From an uncultured Candidatus Binatia bacterium (GTDB lineage Bacteria; Desulfobacterota; Binatia; Bin18), in contig OZ243961.1 in the NCBI GenBank assembly GCA_965214605.1, positions 4,160,001-4,224,000 of the forward strand: a stretch of DNA of 64,000 nt, given 5' to 3'. Shown here one piece after another: positions 10,762 through 20,206 of this stretch; position 1 is the first letter of the stretch, and each line of letters opens with the position of its first letter. Position numbers and translations under genes: made by a program. The notes under the pieces are model-generated. The model saw only the letters and a list, made by a program, of their open reading frames with translations, made no database searches and was not told where the DNA came from.

Positions 10762-11640
10762 ATGCCCCCTGAAGTGCTGACTGAAGACCTCAAGTTTCCG
10801 GAAGGACCGGTCTGGGCTCCGGACGGAACGTTGTATGTCACCGAAATAGAAGCCGGCTGTATTACGGCGATTGCGCCGGACGGAGCTAAGCACACCTTTG
10901 CCGATACCGGTGGCTCGCCCAACGGGGCGGCCCTCGGTCCGGACGGCTATATGTACGTGACCAATAACGGTGGTCGAGACCCCGGTTGCATCCAGCGGAT
11001 CGACTCTCAGGGGAAGGTTGAGGTCGTGTACGATAACTGTGAGGGAGAGCCGTTTCAGGGGCCGAACGATCTGGTCATGGACGCCCATGGCGGGTTCTAT
11101 TTTACCGATCCGGGCATGGTGTCGCGCGAAGGCCTGAAGTTTGGCCATGTGTACTACGCGCTGCGGGACGGCGGCCAGATCAGACGCCTACAGTATTTGT
11201 TCTATCTGCCAAACGGCATTGCCCTGACACCGGACGGGACGAGCCTGATTGTGTTGGAATCGGTCACCGGCCGGGTGTGGGGGATTCCTATTCAAAGTCC
11301 GGGGGTAGTAGGCCAGGTGGATGCCGGGGCCCGCTCCGGCGCCCCGCGCTCGTGGCCGGTGACGGCCCTGCTGACCACCGTTCCGCAACCCGCCGCGCCG
11401 GACGGCATGTGTGTTGACGCGGCCGGCAATATGCTGATCTGTGCTCATAACGGCGGCGTGGTATCGGTCCATAGGCCGGATGGCAGCTCCCTGCAATTGA
11501 TTCAGGTCGAGGACCCAAGACTCACCAACTGTTGCTTTGGCGGACCCGGCTTGCAAACCTTATACATCACTGAATCAGGGTTGGGCCGGGTCGTCACCAT
11601 CCGCTGGCAGGAGTCGGGCTTGCGGCTGAACGATGGGTGA
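10762..11640 (+). CDS. SMP-30/gluconolactonase family protein
   Basis: FPEGPVW, GPNDL, PNGIAL, PDGM and TNCCFGG; SD aaggag. Confidence 0.92.
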   Translation: MPPEVLTEDLKFPEGPVWAPDGTLYVTEIEAGCITAIAPDGAKHTFADTGGSPNGAALGPDGYMYVTNNGGRDPGCIQRIDSQGKVEVVYDNCEGEPFQGPNDLVMDAHGGFYFTDPGMVSREGLKFGHVYYALRDGGQIRRLQYLFYLPNGIALTPDGTSLIVLESVTGRVWGIPIQSPGVVGQVDAGARSGAPRSWPVTALLTTVPQPAAPDGMCVDAAGNMLICAHNGGVVSVHRPDGSSLQLIQVEDPRLTNCCFGGPGLQTLYITESGLGRVVTIRWQESGLRLNDG

Positions 11641-11654
11641 GGGCGGGCCAACCC

Positions 11655-12872
11655 TTACTCCAACACCTCGGCGCTCACGAGTTGTGTAATCTTTTCTTCG
11701 CTATAGCCGAGAATTTTTTCCAGCACGTACTGATTATCACGACCTAGGGTGGCCGCCGAGCCACCGACTTGGGCCGGGGTGCGGGAGAGTTTGAAACGTG
11801 AGCCCTCGACCGTTGTTTTACCGTGTTGGGGGTGCTCAAGGTCAACAAAGTGTTCGCGGTGGAGCAGCTGGGGGTCTTGGTACAGCTGGTGCATGGTTCG
11901 GACCGCGCTGGCCGGAACCTTGTCCTGCTGGAGCCTGGTCTCGGCGGAAAACATGTCTTGACGGCTCGTCCAGGCCGAGATGGCGGCGTCGATTTCGTCC
12001 TGATGGGCGCGCCGTCCCTCAACGGTGGCAAAACGCTCATCAGCGGCCCACTCCGACCGCTCAATAACCCGACACAGTGCCTGCCACTGTGCCTTGGTCT
12101 GGGCCGCAATCGCGATCCAGACGTCATTGCCCGCCGCCGGATAGACGCCGTGAGGGGTATAGTTAGGGTCTTGGTTGCCGGCCCGGCTCTGGACATTCCC
12201 GTTCGTGGTATAGTCGAGCAGGGCCGGGGCCATGAAATGGAGCGATGCCTCGGCCTGTGACAGGTCGATACACTGGCCCTGACCGGTTCGGCGCTTGTGC
12301 TCCAGCGCGGTCAGGATAGCCGCCGCATTGTACCATGGGGCAATATAATCCGTATACGCCCCAAACGGACCGGCCGGTGGTCGGTCGGGCCAACCGGTTG
12401 GATCAAAAAATCCGGAAATGGCGGCCGCCAGATTGCCAAAACCGGCAAACTTGGACAGCGGACCGGTTTGCCCCATCAGACAGGTGCTGAGCATGATGAT
12501 ATCCGGCTTGATCTTGCGCAGGGCTTCATAATTGAGCCCCCAGGCTTTCATAGCCCGGGGTGAGAACGACTCGGTCACGACATCGGCCCAGCGCACCAGA
12601 TCTAAAATTACCTCTTTCGCCGGAGGTTTTGCCATGTTCAGGGTTATCGGCAGCTTGCCGGTATTCATATTATAGAACAGCCCTGAGCTCTCTGGACCGG
12701 GTTGGCCGTTGTGGAAGGGACCAACCATCCGTACCGCATCAAACCGGGTGGTGGACTCGATCCGGACGACGGTCGCGCCATAATCGGCTAAAATGCGGGT
12801 CGAACCTGGACCGGCCATCGCCCACATAAAATCAAGCACTTTGATATCGGCCAGCGGCTGTTCGTTTTCCAT
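11655..12872 (-). CDS. Family III CoA-transferase (CaiB/BaiF), catalytic-type subunit
   Basis: LADIKVLDF, ADVVTESFSP and GAYTDY (candidate catalytic Asp). Confidence 0.92.
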   Translation of the reverse strand: MENEQPLADIKVLDFMWAMAGPGSTRILADYGATVVRIESTTRFDAVRMVGPFHNGQPGPESSGLFYNMNTGKLPITLNMAKPPAKEVILDLVRWADVVTESFSPRAMKAWGLNYEALRKIKPDIIMLSTCLMGQTGPLSKFAGFGNLAAAISGFFDPTGWPDRPPAGPFGAYTDYIAPWYNAAAILTALEHKRRTGQGQCIDLSQAEASLHFMAPALLDYTTNGNVQSRAGNQDPNYTPHGVYPAAGNDVWIAIAAQTKAQWQALCRVIERSEWAADERFATVEGRRAHQDEIDAAISAWTSRQDMFSAETRLQQDKVPASAVRTMHQLYQDPQLLHREHFVDLEHPQHGKTTVEGSRFKLSRTPAQVGGSAATLGRDNQYVLEKILGYSEEKITQLVSAEVLE

Positions 12873-14114
12873 CTAGATTACCCCCTTGATTTGGAGTTGG
12901 CTGAGTTGGTCTGGACTCAAGCCCAACTCCCCACTATAGACCTCGCTGTTGTGTTCCCCAAGCCGTGGTGGGCGGCGCCGATAGGTGATCGGAGCGGCGC
13001 TGAACTTGGCAAATGGACCGGGATAACGGATCGCTTGGCCAAGCTGGCCGTGGTCGACCGAGGTCCAATAGTCACGCGAGGCCAGCTGTTCGCTGTGGAC
13101 CACCTCGTCCAGAGTGGTGACCGGAGCGACCAGCAGGCCCCGGTCGAGCGCGCCCTGCAACAGTTCCGCCTTGGTCTTGGTGGTGGTGAAGTCCTCGACG
13201 ATTTGGGTCAAACGTTTATAGTCTTCTATCGCCTCTGGACCGCTGAACAAATAGCCGCCGTAGGCGACCCAGTCGGTTTGCTGGGTCGCCTCGTCACACA
13301 GTCCCTCCTCGTGGATCCAGTCCATCAGGCGTTTGGTGAAATGGCCAAAGGCCGAGCCGAACAGATAAGTGATGGCCACATGGCCATCTTTTGCCGGCCA
13401 CACCAAACGAATCGGCAGGTCGCCGATTTTTGTTCCGCCAGACATACGGCGAATTTCGGCATCGTTGAGTGGGCCGGCCAGAATAGTTGACTGAGTGGCC
13501 TGGGCTACTGCCTGCTGGGCCGAGATGTCGATATACTGGCCTTTGCCCGACCGATGACGTTCATGCGAGGCGATCAGCGCGGCCGCCGCCGCCCCTGCAC
13601 TGGCGTGCAAATACCCCTGCGGCACGCTGACCCGCACCGGTGGACGGTCCTCATCACCAGTCAAGATCAAGGGGCCACCGGACGCCAGAATGACCAGGTC
13701 GCTGTCGGCATAACTCGCCTTGGGGCCGTTCTGGCCGAAAGGGGTAATTGAGACATAAATCAGGCTGGCATTCTCGCTAGCCAGATCCTCATAGCCCAAA
13801 CCCAGCTCGGCCAGGGTGCCGGGCGTATCCGACTCGATTAAAAAATGGGTGGTTTTGACCAAACGGCGCAGGAGTTGTTTGCCTTCGAGGGAGGTGAGGT
13901 CGAGCGTAATGCCCCGCTTGTTGCGATTATAGGCCCACCAAAACAGCGAGCCTTCAATATCTGGCTCGTTTCCAAAGAAGGGCGCCAGCTGGCGAGCCGA
14001 GGATCCGCTTGGCGGCTCAACTTTGATGACGTCTGCACCCAGATCACCCAAAATCTGACCGCACAACAGGCCACGCTCGTTGGTGAGGTCAAGGACGCGG
14101 TAGTGGTCTAACAT
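12873..14114 (-). CDS. Family III CoA-transferase (CaiB/BaiF), BbsE-like partner subunit
   Basis: RVLDLT, LGDLGADVIKVEPP, NRNKRGITLDL and PPRLGEHN; stop abuts the next ATG. Confidence 0.9.
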   Translation of the reverse strand: MLDHYRVLDLTNERGLLCGQILGDLGADVIKVEPPSGSSARQLAPFFGNEPDIEGSLFWWAYNRNKRGITLDLTSLEGKQLLRRLVKTTHFLIESDTPGTLAELGLGYEDLASENASLIYVSITPFGQNGPKASYADSDLVILASGGPLILTGDEDRPPVRVSVPQGYLHASAGAAAAALIASHERHRSGKGQYIDISAQQAVAQATQSTILAGPLNDAEIRRMSGGTKIGDLPIRLVWPAKDGHVAITYLFGSAFGHFTKRLMDWIHEEGLCDEATQQTDWVAYGGYLFSGPEAIEDYKRLTQIVEDFTTTKTKAELLQGALDRGLLVAPVTTLDEVVHSEQLASRDYWTSVDHGQLGQAIRYPGPFAKFSAAPITYRRRPPRLGEHNSEVYSGELGLSPDQLSQLQIKGVI

Positions 14115-14693
14115 AGCTGTTCTCCGGTCGGTGGTGTGACATGTATAACGGACTGTTCGACGGCTGAAAATCCCCGCCTTCCCGCGCTGATGCTAGACGG
14201 GGAAGTCGTTCTGAGCGGCTCTGGTAATGAGACCGGTAAATAGTGTACACACATGAGAGAGTGAGATGTCAAGCTCTGAGGGGGCTTTGGTAGGCGAGCA
14301 CAGCTCCCTTGTCGGCTACTCTGGTGTTGGGAGGATGCGCAAGTGTTCTTAAGGAGGGTGCCATGGATGCTCCTCCATTTGAATTGACTCCAGTAGTAAG
14401 GACGTGCCGGCGCAGTTTTCTCTAAGGGGGGTGGGGAAGATAGCCTGCTTTCCCGTGCCTTGGAGAAGTTAGGAGGAGGCGGAAAGCACCATGGACGAAA
14501 CAGACTCCCCGCTCTCCTCACCAAATAGCGTTGTCCGCCTCCGGGTATAAGGATTCTCGACAAGACCGACGCAATTTTTCTTCTCATGACCTCATCAGCG
14601 CTCGAGTGTGATTTGTGGGGCTGCTGGTCTCGTCGTATTACTCAAGAACCCTCGTCTTGTCTCCCCGCAGAATTAGCCGCACTCTTTCAGCAC

Positions 14694-14840
14694 ATGCACT
14701 GCTCGCGTTGCCGTACTAAGATGAAGGTTCAGGCCCACCGGCCGCACAAGAAGGAGAAGTGGCGCTGCCCACAGTGTGGGACTGTTCGCATGAAGCCGGC
14801 CGCCTACCATCGTAAAAGGCGCAAGGAGAGCCGAAAATAG
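14694..14840 (+). CDS. Small basic zinc-ribbon protein (48 aa)
   Basis: Two CxxC pairs (CSRC and CPQC) in a zinc-ribbon spacing; no clear SD. Confidence 0.5.
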   Translation: MHCSRCRTKMKVQAHRPHKKEKWRCPQCGTVRMKPAAYHRKRRKESRK

Positions 14841-14849
14841 ATGGGGGGA

Positions 14850-15305
14850 CTATTTGGCGGATGTCTGACGCCGAGACGCGATGTAGGCGGACATCAAGCC
14901 TGGAATATCCAGCGGAGCTTCGGTTTCACGAATTTTATCGCCGGGTCCCAGAATCCGGTCTGAGCCACCCAAGGACAGGGTGAGGTAGAGACCGCCGAGT
15001 AGACCACGGGTTTTAATTGAGGCGATCGTGTCTTCTTGAATCTGGAGATTTTTGCGGACCGAGAAGCGGACCCGGGCACGGTTGCCAACACGCCGAACGT
15101 TGTTGACCCAGCCGACTGTCACCCCGGCTACCTCAACCATCGCGCCGGGTTCAAGACCGCTGGCGTTGGTGAAATCGGCGTACAACTGATAGGTCTGACC
15201 TAGGCCAAAATTTGCCTCACCTAAAACGCTAAACAGGTACACTAGGGCGGCTGTGCCGATAGCCAGAAAGCCAGCGACGCTCGCTGCCAGTCTAAACATT
15301 CGCAT
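14850..15305 (-). CDS. mlaD: MlaD/MCE family protein
   Basis: N-terminal TM; YADFTNASGLEPGAMVEVAGVTVG; ASIKTRGLLGG. Confidence 0.85.
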   Translation of the reverse strand: MRMFRLAASVAGFLAIGTAALVYLFSVLGEANFGLGQTYQLYADFTNASGLEPGAMVEVAGVTVGWVNNVRRVGNRARVRFSVRKNLQIQEDTIASIKTRGLLGGLYLTLSLGGSDRILGPGDKIRETEAPLDIPGLMSAYIASRRQTSAK

Positions 15306-15417
15306 ATCCCTGGAAGTCTAGCAGGCTGGGGACAGCAGCCCAAGCCCAGTCTGCATTGACCTGACTTGCGCCTCATGAGGTTTCTCCGTACAAGTACAGG
15401 CGGAGAAGCTCAAAGAC

Positions 15418-16335
15418 ATGCACGGGGCAAGACGCGGATCGCGATGTCGGCTTATTGTGTTGGCCGGGTTGGTAACCTGGCCGCTGATTAGTATCTGGTT
15501 CGTCACGCCCGGCTACGCCCAAGCCTCTGATGATCTGCGTATCCGTGGTCGCTACGTCTTTGCCCTGGCTGGTGGGTGTGGCTGTCATACGGCCGAGGGT
15601 GGGACGGTTAACGCCGGTGGCCGGCCGCTCACTACACCCTACGGCACCTTCTATGGAACAAACATTACGCCCGATATCGACCATGGGATCGGCGCCTGGA
15701 GCGATCAGCAGATTATTGACGCTATTCGCCAAGGCGTCCGTCCCGACGGCTCAATCATGAGTCCGGTCATGCCATACCCAGCTCTGAGTGGCATGAGTGA
15801 TGCCGATGTGAACGCCCTAGTCGCCTATCTGCGCAGCTTGGCGCCGGTTGCTCAGGCGAATCAGCCCCATCAGCTCTGGGTCCCGTTTGCCGGTATGGCC
15901 ATGAAAGTGTGGCGCTGGCTCTTTTTCGAGCCGGTTCAGGCCCCGGCCAATCCGCCCCAGAGTGGGGTCGAGCGCGGGGCGTATATCAGCCAACACTTGG
16001 CCCATTGTCAGGAGTGTCATAGCCCGCGCAGCTGGACCGGCACGCTTGACCCCTCTCGCCATATGGCCGGCAATCCGGACGGGATCGACGGCGAGATTGC
16101 GCCTAACATCACCCCGGATGTCAAGACCGGGATTGGAGACTGGAGCGAGGGCGAAATTGTGACTCTGCTGCGGAGTGGATTTTTGCCCGGCTTTGATAAT
16201 GTCCAGGGCTTGATGGCCCTCGTGATTGAAGGCGTCCCTGAAGGAGGATACAAAGATATGACCGACGCGGATGCCCAGGCTGTGGCCCGCTATTTCAAAA
16301 GTATACCAGCGATCGAACAGGACATTGGGCGCTAG
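15418..16335 (+). CDS. Periplasmic di-heme c-type cytochrome (dehydrogenase cytochrome-subunit-like)
   Basis: Heme motifs CGCH and CQECH; repeated NITPD..GIG.WS; PVMPY. Confidence 0.88.
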   Translation: MHGARRGSRCRLIVLAGLVTWPLISIWFVTPGYAQASDDLRIRGRYVFALAGGCGCHTAEGGTVNAGGRPLTTPYGTFYGTNITPDIDHGIGAWSDQQIIDAIRQGVRPDGSIMSPVMPYPALSGMSDADVNALVAYLRSLAPVAQANQPHQLWVPFAGMAMKVWRWLFFEPVQAPANPPQSGVERGAYISQHLAHCQECHSPRSWTGTLDPSRHMAGNPDGIDGEIAPNITPDVKTGIGDWSEGEIVTLLRSGFLPGFDNVQGLMALVIEGVPEGGYKDMTDADAQAVARYFKSIPAIEQDIGR

Positions 16336-16440
16336 CCGAACGGATACGTCGGGTGGAAAAAGCGCTGATATGCTCTGCTCATTCGAGACTCGGGAAGGGA
16401 GTCCATTCGCGACAGGGTCGCCGGGCTTAAGAGGTGAATT

Positions 16441-17022
16441 TTGGTGTGGGGTTTGTGTCTTAGCGTAGTCGGGCTGCTCGTGGGCGGGCTGGTGCTCGCC
16501 GCCCCCGCCCCCGCAGCGGCCACCGTCTTGTATGCCAAACGGGAAGCCCTGGCCGTGGCGTTTCCCGAGGCGGAGGTGGTCGAGCCGCAGAGTTTTTTTC
16601 TGACGGACGCCCAACGCGCGCGCGTCCAAACCCTGGCCCACGCCCCGCTGGCGGCCAAGGTGGTGACCTTCTACGTCGGCCGCGCCGGAGAGCGGGTGCT
16701 GGGCTATGGGTTTATCGAGACCCTGATCGTGCGCACCCTGCCGGCGACCTTTCTGATTGTGGTCTCGCCGGCCGGGCAGGTGGCGCGGATCCTGACCCTG
16801 GCCTTCTATGAGCCGCTGGAGTACCGGCCGGCCCCGGGGTGGCTGGCGCAGTTTGGGGGGCGGGGGCTGCCGGCCGAGCTGCAGCGGCCCTGGGCGATTC
16901 ACGGGATTGCGGGGGCGACACTGACGGCGCGGGGGGTCACGCGGGGGGTGCGCAAAGTGTTGGCGCTCTTTGAGGTGGTGCTCGGCCGGCCGGAGGGTGG
17001 GGAGCGCGCATGCGGTTTGTGA
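16441..17022 (+). CDS. Exported FMN-binding domain protein
   Basis: Signal peptide; VRTLPAT, FYEPLEY and the flavinylation-like motif HGIAGATLT; start uncertain. Confidence 0.75.
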   Translation: MVWGLCLSVVGLLVGGLVLAAPAPAAATVLYAKREALAVAFPEAEVVEPQSFFLTDAQRARVQTLAHAPLAAKVVTFYVGRAGERVLGYGFIETLIVRTLPATFLIVVSPAGQVARILTLAFYEPLEYRPAPGWLAQFGGRGLPAELQRPWAIHGIAGATLTARGVTRGVRKVLALFEVVLGRPEGGERACGL

Positions 17023-17582
17023 TCACGGGCGAGTGGTCCCACAATCGGCTCCTGCAACTGATCATCGTGCTGTTCGTGGTGTATGTGGCGGGGCTGTGGC
17101 TGACCAACGCGTTGCTGTATTTCCAGAAGATGAGTCTGAGCTACAGTTCGGTGACGGCGTACTACCTGGGGGCGGAGGAGCGGTTCCTGCTGCCGCGGAC
17201 GTATCAGGGGATGCTGGAGGTGACGCACTTTCACCTGTTTGCGATGGGGTTGTTACTGCTGACGCTGACCCATCTGATGCTGTTCGTGCCGCTGGGGCCG
17301 CGGCTGAAGGCGGGGTGTATTGTGATTCCGTTTGGGGCGGCGCTGGTGGACGAGGGGAGTGGGTGGCTGGTGCGGTTTGTGCATCCGGGGTTTGCGTATC
17401 TGAAGATTGGGGGGTTTGTGCTGTTGGAGGTGAGTTTGGCGGCGTTGATAGGGCTGACCTTATGGACGGTGGTCGGGGGCTCGCAGCGGCAGTACCGCCG
17501 GGCGGGGGCGCCCCGGCCCCCGACGCCCGGGGCGGGGGCGTCCAGGCTTGCAGAGGGCCAAGGAGAAGGCACCGAAAGCTAA
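17010..17582 (+). CDS. Four-helix membrane protein with conserved-looking His residues
   Basis: About four hydrophobic segments; LEVTHFHLFAM, LTHL and RFVHP; overlaps the FMN-binding gene. Confidence 0.7.
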   Translation: MRFVITGEWSHNRLLQLIIVLFVVYVAGLWLTNALLYFQKMSLSYSSVTAYYLGAEERFLLPRTYQGMLEVTHFHLFAMGLLLLTLTHLMLFVPLGPRLKAGCIVIPFGAALVDEGSGWLVRFVHPGFAYLKIGGFVLLEVSLAALIGLTLWTVVGGSQRQYRRAGAPRPPTPGAGASRLAEGQGEGTES

Positions 17583-17645
17583 CCGTCCGCACACGCCTTG
17601 CGTGTGCGGACTGAGAGACGAGAGGCAGGGAAAGGAGATGCACAG

Positions 17646-18116
17646 ATGAAGCGGATGATAATAGCGGCGAGTACGTTTGTCGTGGTGCTTGCCACCCAAC
17701 AGATTGGCGCCCACGGTGAGCATACCCACAGTCTCAAAAATCCAGATGATTCCATCGCGGTACGCATGTACTTGATGGAAAACGTCGGGGCCAACGCCGA
17801 ACAACTCAAAGCAAAGCTGGATGCCGGACAGATTACAGACGTAGCGCTCAATGCTGAGGCAATTGCCCTCCATGCCAACCAGATTCCCAATCTATTTCCT
17901 CCTGGTAGCACCTCGGACTCCTCGCGGGCCAAGCCTGAGATCTGGCAGCAGTGGGACGACTTTGTCCAATCCGCCCACAGTTTGCGAGATGCCGCCGAGG
18001 AACTAGGCCACGCCGCCAGCCAAGACAGGGGTGAAGAGGCCAAGGCCAAGCTTAGGGCGGTCTTTGGCAGTTGCAAAGGCTGTCACGATGGTTTTCGCAA
18101 GCCTAAAGAGTCCTAA
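17646..18116 (+). CDS. Cytochrome c' (class II cytochrome c)
   Basis: Signal peptide; LFPPGS...AKPEIW; C-terminal CKGCH. Confidence 0.9.
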   Translation: MKRMIIAASTFVVVLATQQIGAHGEHTHSLKNPDDSIAVRMYLMENVGANAEQLKAKLDAGQITDVALNAEAIALHANQIPNLFPPGSTSDSSRAKPEIWQQWDDFVQSAHSLRDAAEELGHAASQDRGEEAKAKLRAVFGSCKGCHDGFRKPKES

Positions 18117-18135
18117 TCCGGGCCTGAAAGGCGAG

Positions 18136-20202
18136 TTACCGATACAGCTCTTCGTTACTCAGCCTGCTGTCCGGCAGCCGAATCTTTGGATAGAGCGATG
18201 GCATGCCGCTACGGCCAAGCAGTAGGAAGTCAACGGGCACGAACGGCATTGGGACCTCCATGCCGATAAAGGCGCTGCGTTGGTCTTTCCCAAAGGCTAA
18301 GTTCGTGCCGAGAATTTCTTTTGGTAGAACGCCACGGATATCAAGTTCCGTGCCCGAGGTACTACCGGTCAGTTGGGGCAGGGCACGCCAGCCTTGGTCG
18401 GCGTGCTTTTCCTGGCTACTCTTGAGCACGATATCGGTCTCTTCCGCGTCCAAGGCTAAACGGGCCAGCTGACGGTCGCCGTGATGCATTGCCTGGTCAA
18501 AACCTTTGGCTCGAAAACGCCGCCAAAATCGGTCCCAGGCTAGACTCGGCACTCCGTAGACCTTGGTCTGTGGACCGTTATCAGTCTCAAGATGAAGGGA
18601 AATCTCCCGATCCGCCAAGATGGTTATGCCCTCATCACTGAGTTCAACATTGTCCCAGTCGCCGTCCACGAGCTGGGGTTTGAGACCCAAGCCGTGGGGA
18701 CCGATGAGATCGTCGTGCTCCTTGAGAAAGGCTTTGCTGAGTTGGATGCCTTGATTTTCCCAACGACTCAACTCGCGTAGCTTTGGGGCAGCTCTTTTGG
18801 CCGCCTCGGTGTCTGGATAGTATTCGGCCAGGGTCTGTAAGGCTGCTAGTTTGTCGGACCGGTGGGGGGTATCGTCCGCCTGTTGGAGGAGCGTCTCGGC
18901 GGCCTGTTCTTTAAGTTTCGGGATCTTGTCTTCCCGCCCGGCGAGTTGGTAGTAATGCATCGCCCGATCCAGCTTGCCTTCACGCTGATAGGAAGAGGCC
19001 AGCAGGTCATAGACCTCGGGAGTCCGTCGTTCGGGCGGTGTTTGGTGCACGTAGGTCTGCGCCTCACGAATGACACCCTGGCGTGAAACCGGGTTGCCGG
19101 TCATCACCCGCCACAATTTAGTGCCAATCTGAACCATTGACAGCGCCCCGAACGTTGCCGCCCCAACCAGCCCCTCGGTTGCCACCTGGATGCCGGCCAC
19201 GGCAAAGTTGTCTTTGACAAAAGAACTGCCCGGCATGACATATTTGAAGGTCTCGACCTGATGGTCCCATTTGGCATCTCGAACCCGTTGGTAGGGGTCT
19301 TCGGGGTGCTGGTTGGCTAGGGGTTCCAGGACCTGGAGCTTAGCTTCGACCCGACGCAACCCCTCCTGGGCCTGGTCCGATTCGTCATCGACCATCAGCG
19401 CCAGCTGATAGTGGAAGTTTGCGCCCCAGTAGTCGCCTTGCTCAAAGGCGGCTGCAGCCTTGTCCAGTTCTTCGTCCAAGAGAGCTTTTTGGCGGCGCGT
19501 TTCCAAGGCGTCGATCTTTTTTTGGACCTCGGCCGCGCGTGGGTCGTGGGGGGCGCGGCGTAAGAACTGCTGGTACAGAACCAGGGCTTTCCGTTCGCGT
19601 GGACTGGGCGCGTCCCGGCGTCTCCTGAGGGACGAAATAACGCCCTGGGCAGAATAGGGGCTGGGACTGCGGGGAGCGCCAAGGAATAAACTGCCGACAT
19701 CAAAGGTTGACAGCACCCAGTTAAACATCCTTCCCAAGCGTCCACGTTTTTCGTCTGCAATCAGCGTATCGGCTTGAGTCAGGAGCTCATCAGTAGGAGC
19801 GTTGAGTTCGGCGACGGCAACCTCTGGAGCGGGGCGGTGAGGATAGGAAGATTCCTCAGCCGCGGCCAGTGCCCTGACATAGGCGGTCAGGCCGGTCGGG
19901 CGCTGACCATTTCGGACGAGGTCGGCATCATGCTGAGACAGAGCGCGGAGGTGGTCTTCAGCGGATTGCGGGCCGGTTAAATAGGCGTCAACAATGGCGT
20001 TAGCGACCTGTTTGCCAACCGCATCCGGAAAATAGCGGTCGGGCGGCAGGGACGGAAGAAACGGGTTGTAGTTGGGGTGCACCTCGGTGAGCCGGTGCAT
20101 CAAGGGGTCGGAAAATTCCTGGGCCCGCACCGAGCCCAACAGTGAAAGACCCGTGAGGAAACCGATCAGGTAGAGGGGCGGTCGCATAGATCCTCGCCTC
20201 AT
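18136..20202 (-). CDS. Large exported hypothetical protein with TPR-like helical repeats
   Basis: 688-aa ORF; signal peptide ending VRA; TPR-like segments such as YDLLASSYQREGKLDRAMHYY. Confidence 0.7.
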   Translation of the reverse strand: MRRGSMRPPLYLIGFLTGLSLLGSVRAQEFSDPLMHRLTEVHPNYNPFLPSLPPDRYFPDAVGKQVANAIVDAYLTGPQSAEDHLRALSQHDADLVRNGQRPTGLTAYVRALAAAEESSYPHRPAPEVAVAELNAPTDELLTQADTLIADEKRGRLGRMFNWVLSTFDVGSLFLGAPRSPSPYSAQGVISSLRRRRDAPSPRERKALVLYQQFLRRAPHDPRAAEVQKKIDALETRRQKALLDEELDKAAAAFEQGDYWGANFHYQLALMVDDESDQAQEGLRRVEAKLQVLEPLANQHPEDPYQRVRDAKWDHQVETFKYVMPGSSFVKDNFAVAGIQVATEGLVGAATFGALSMVQIGTKLWRVMTGNPVSRQGVIREAQTYVHQTPPERRTPEVYDLLASSYQREGKLDRAMHYYQLAGREDKIPKLKEQAAETLLQQADDTPHRSDKLAALQTLAEYYPDTEAAKRAAPKLRELSRWENQGIQLSKAFLKEHDDLIGPHGLGLKPQLVDGDWDNVELSDEGITILADREISLHLETDNGPQTKVYGVPSLAWDRFWRRFRAKGFDQAMHHGDRQLARLALDAEETDIVLKSSQEKHADQGWRALPQLTGSTSGTELDIRGVLPKEILGTNLAFGKDQRSAFIGMEVPMPFVPVDFLLLGRSGMPSLYPKIRLPDSRLSNEELYR

Positions 20203-20206
20203 GCCT

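Noticed and set aside
16380-16435. Two small hairpins with GGGAAG upstream of the FMN-binding gene as a possible cobalamin riboswitch
   Set aside because: Too short, and the other conserved B12-element motifs are absent.
15817-17643. Long antisense and alternate-frame ORFs (15817-16902, 16970-17614, 17062-17643)
   Set aside because: Low-complexity shadows of GC-rich real genes; no motifs.
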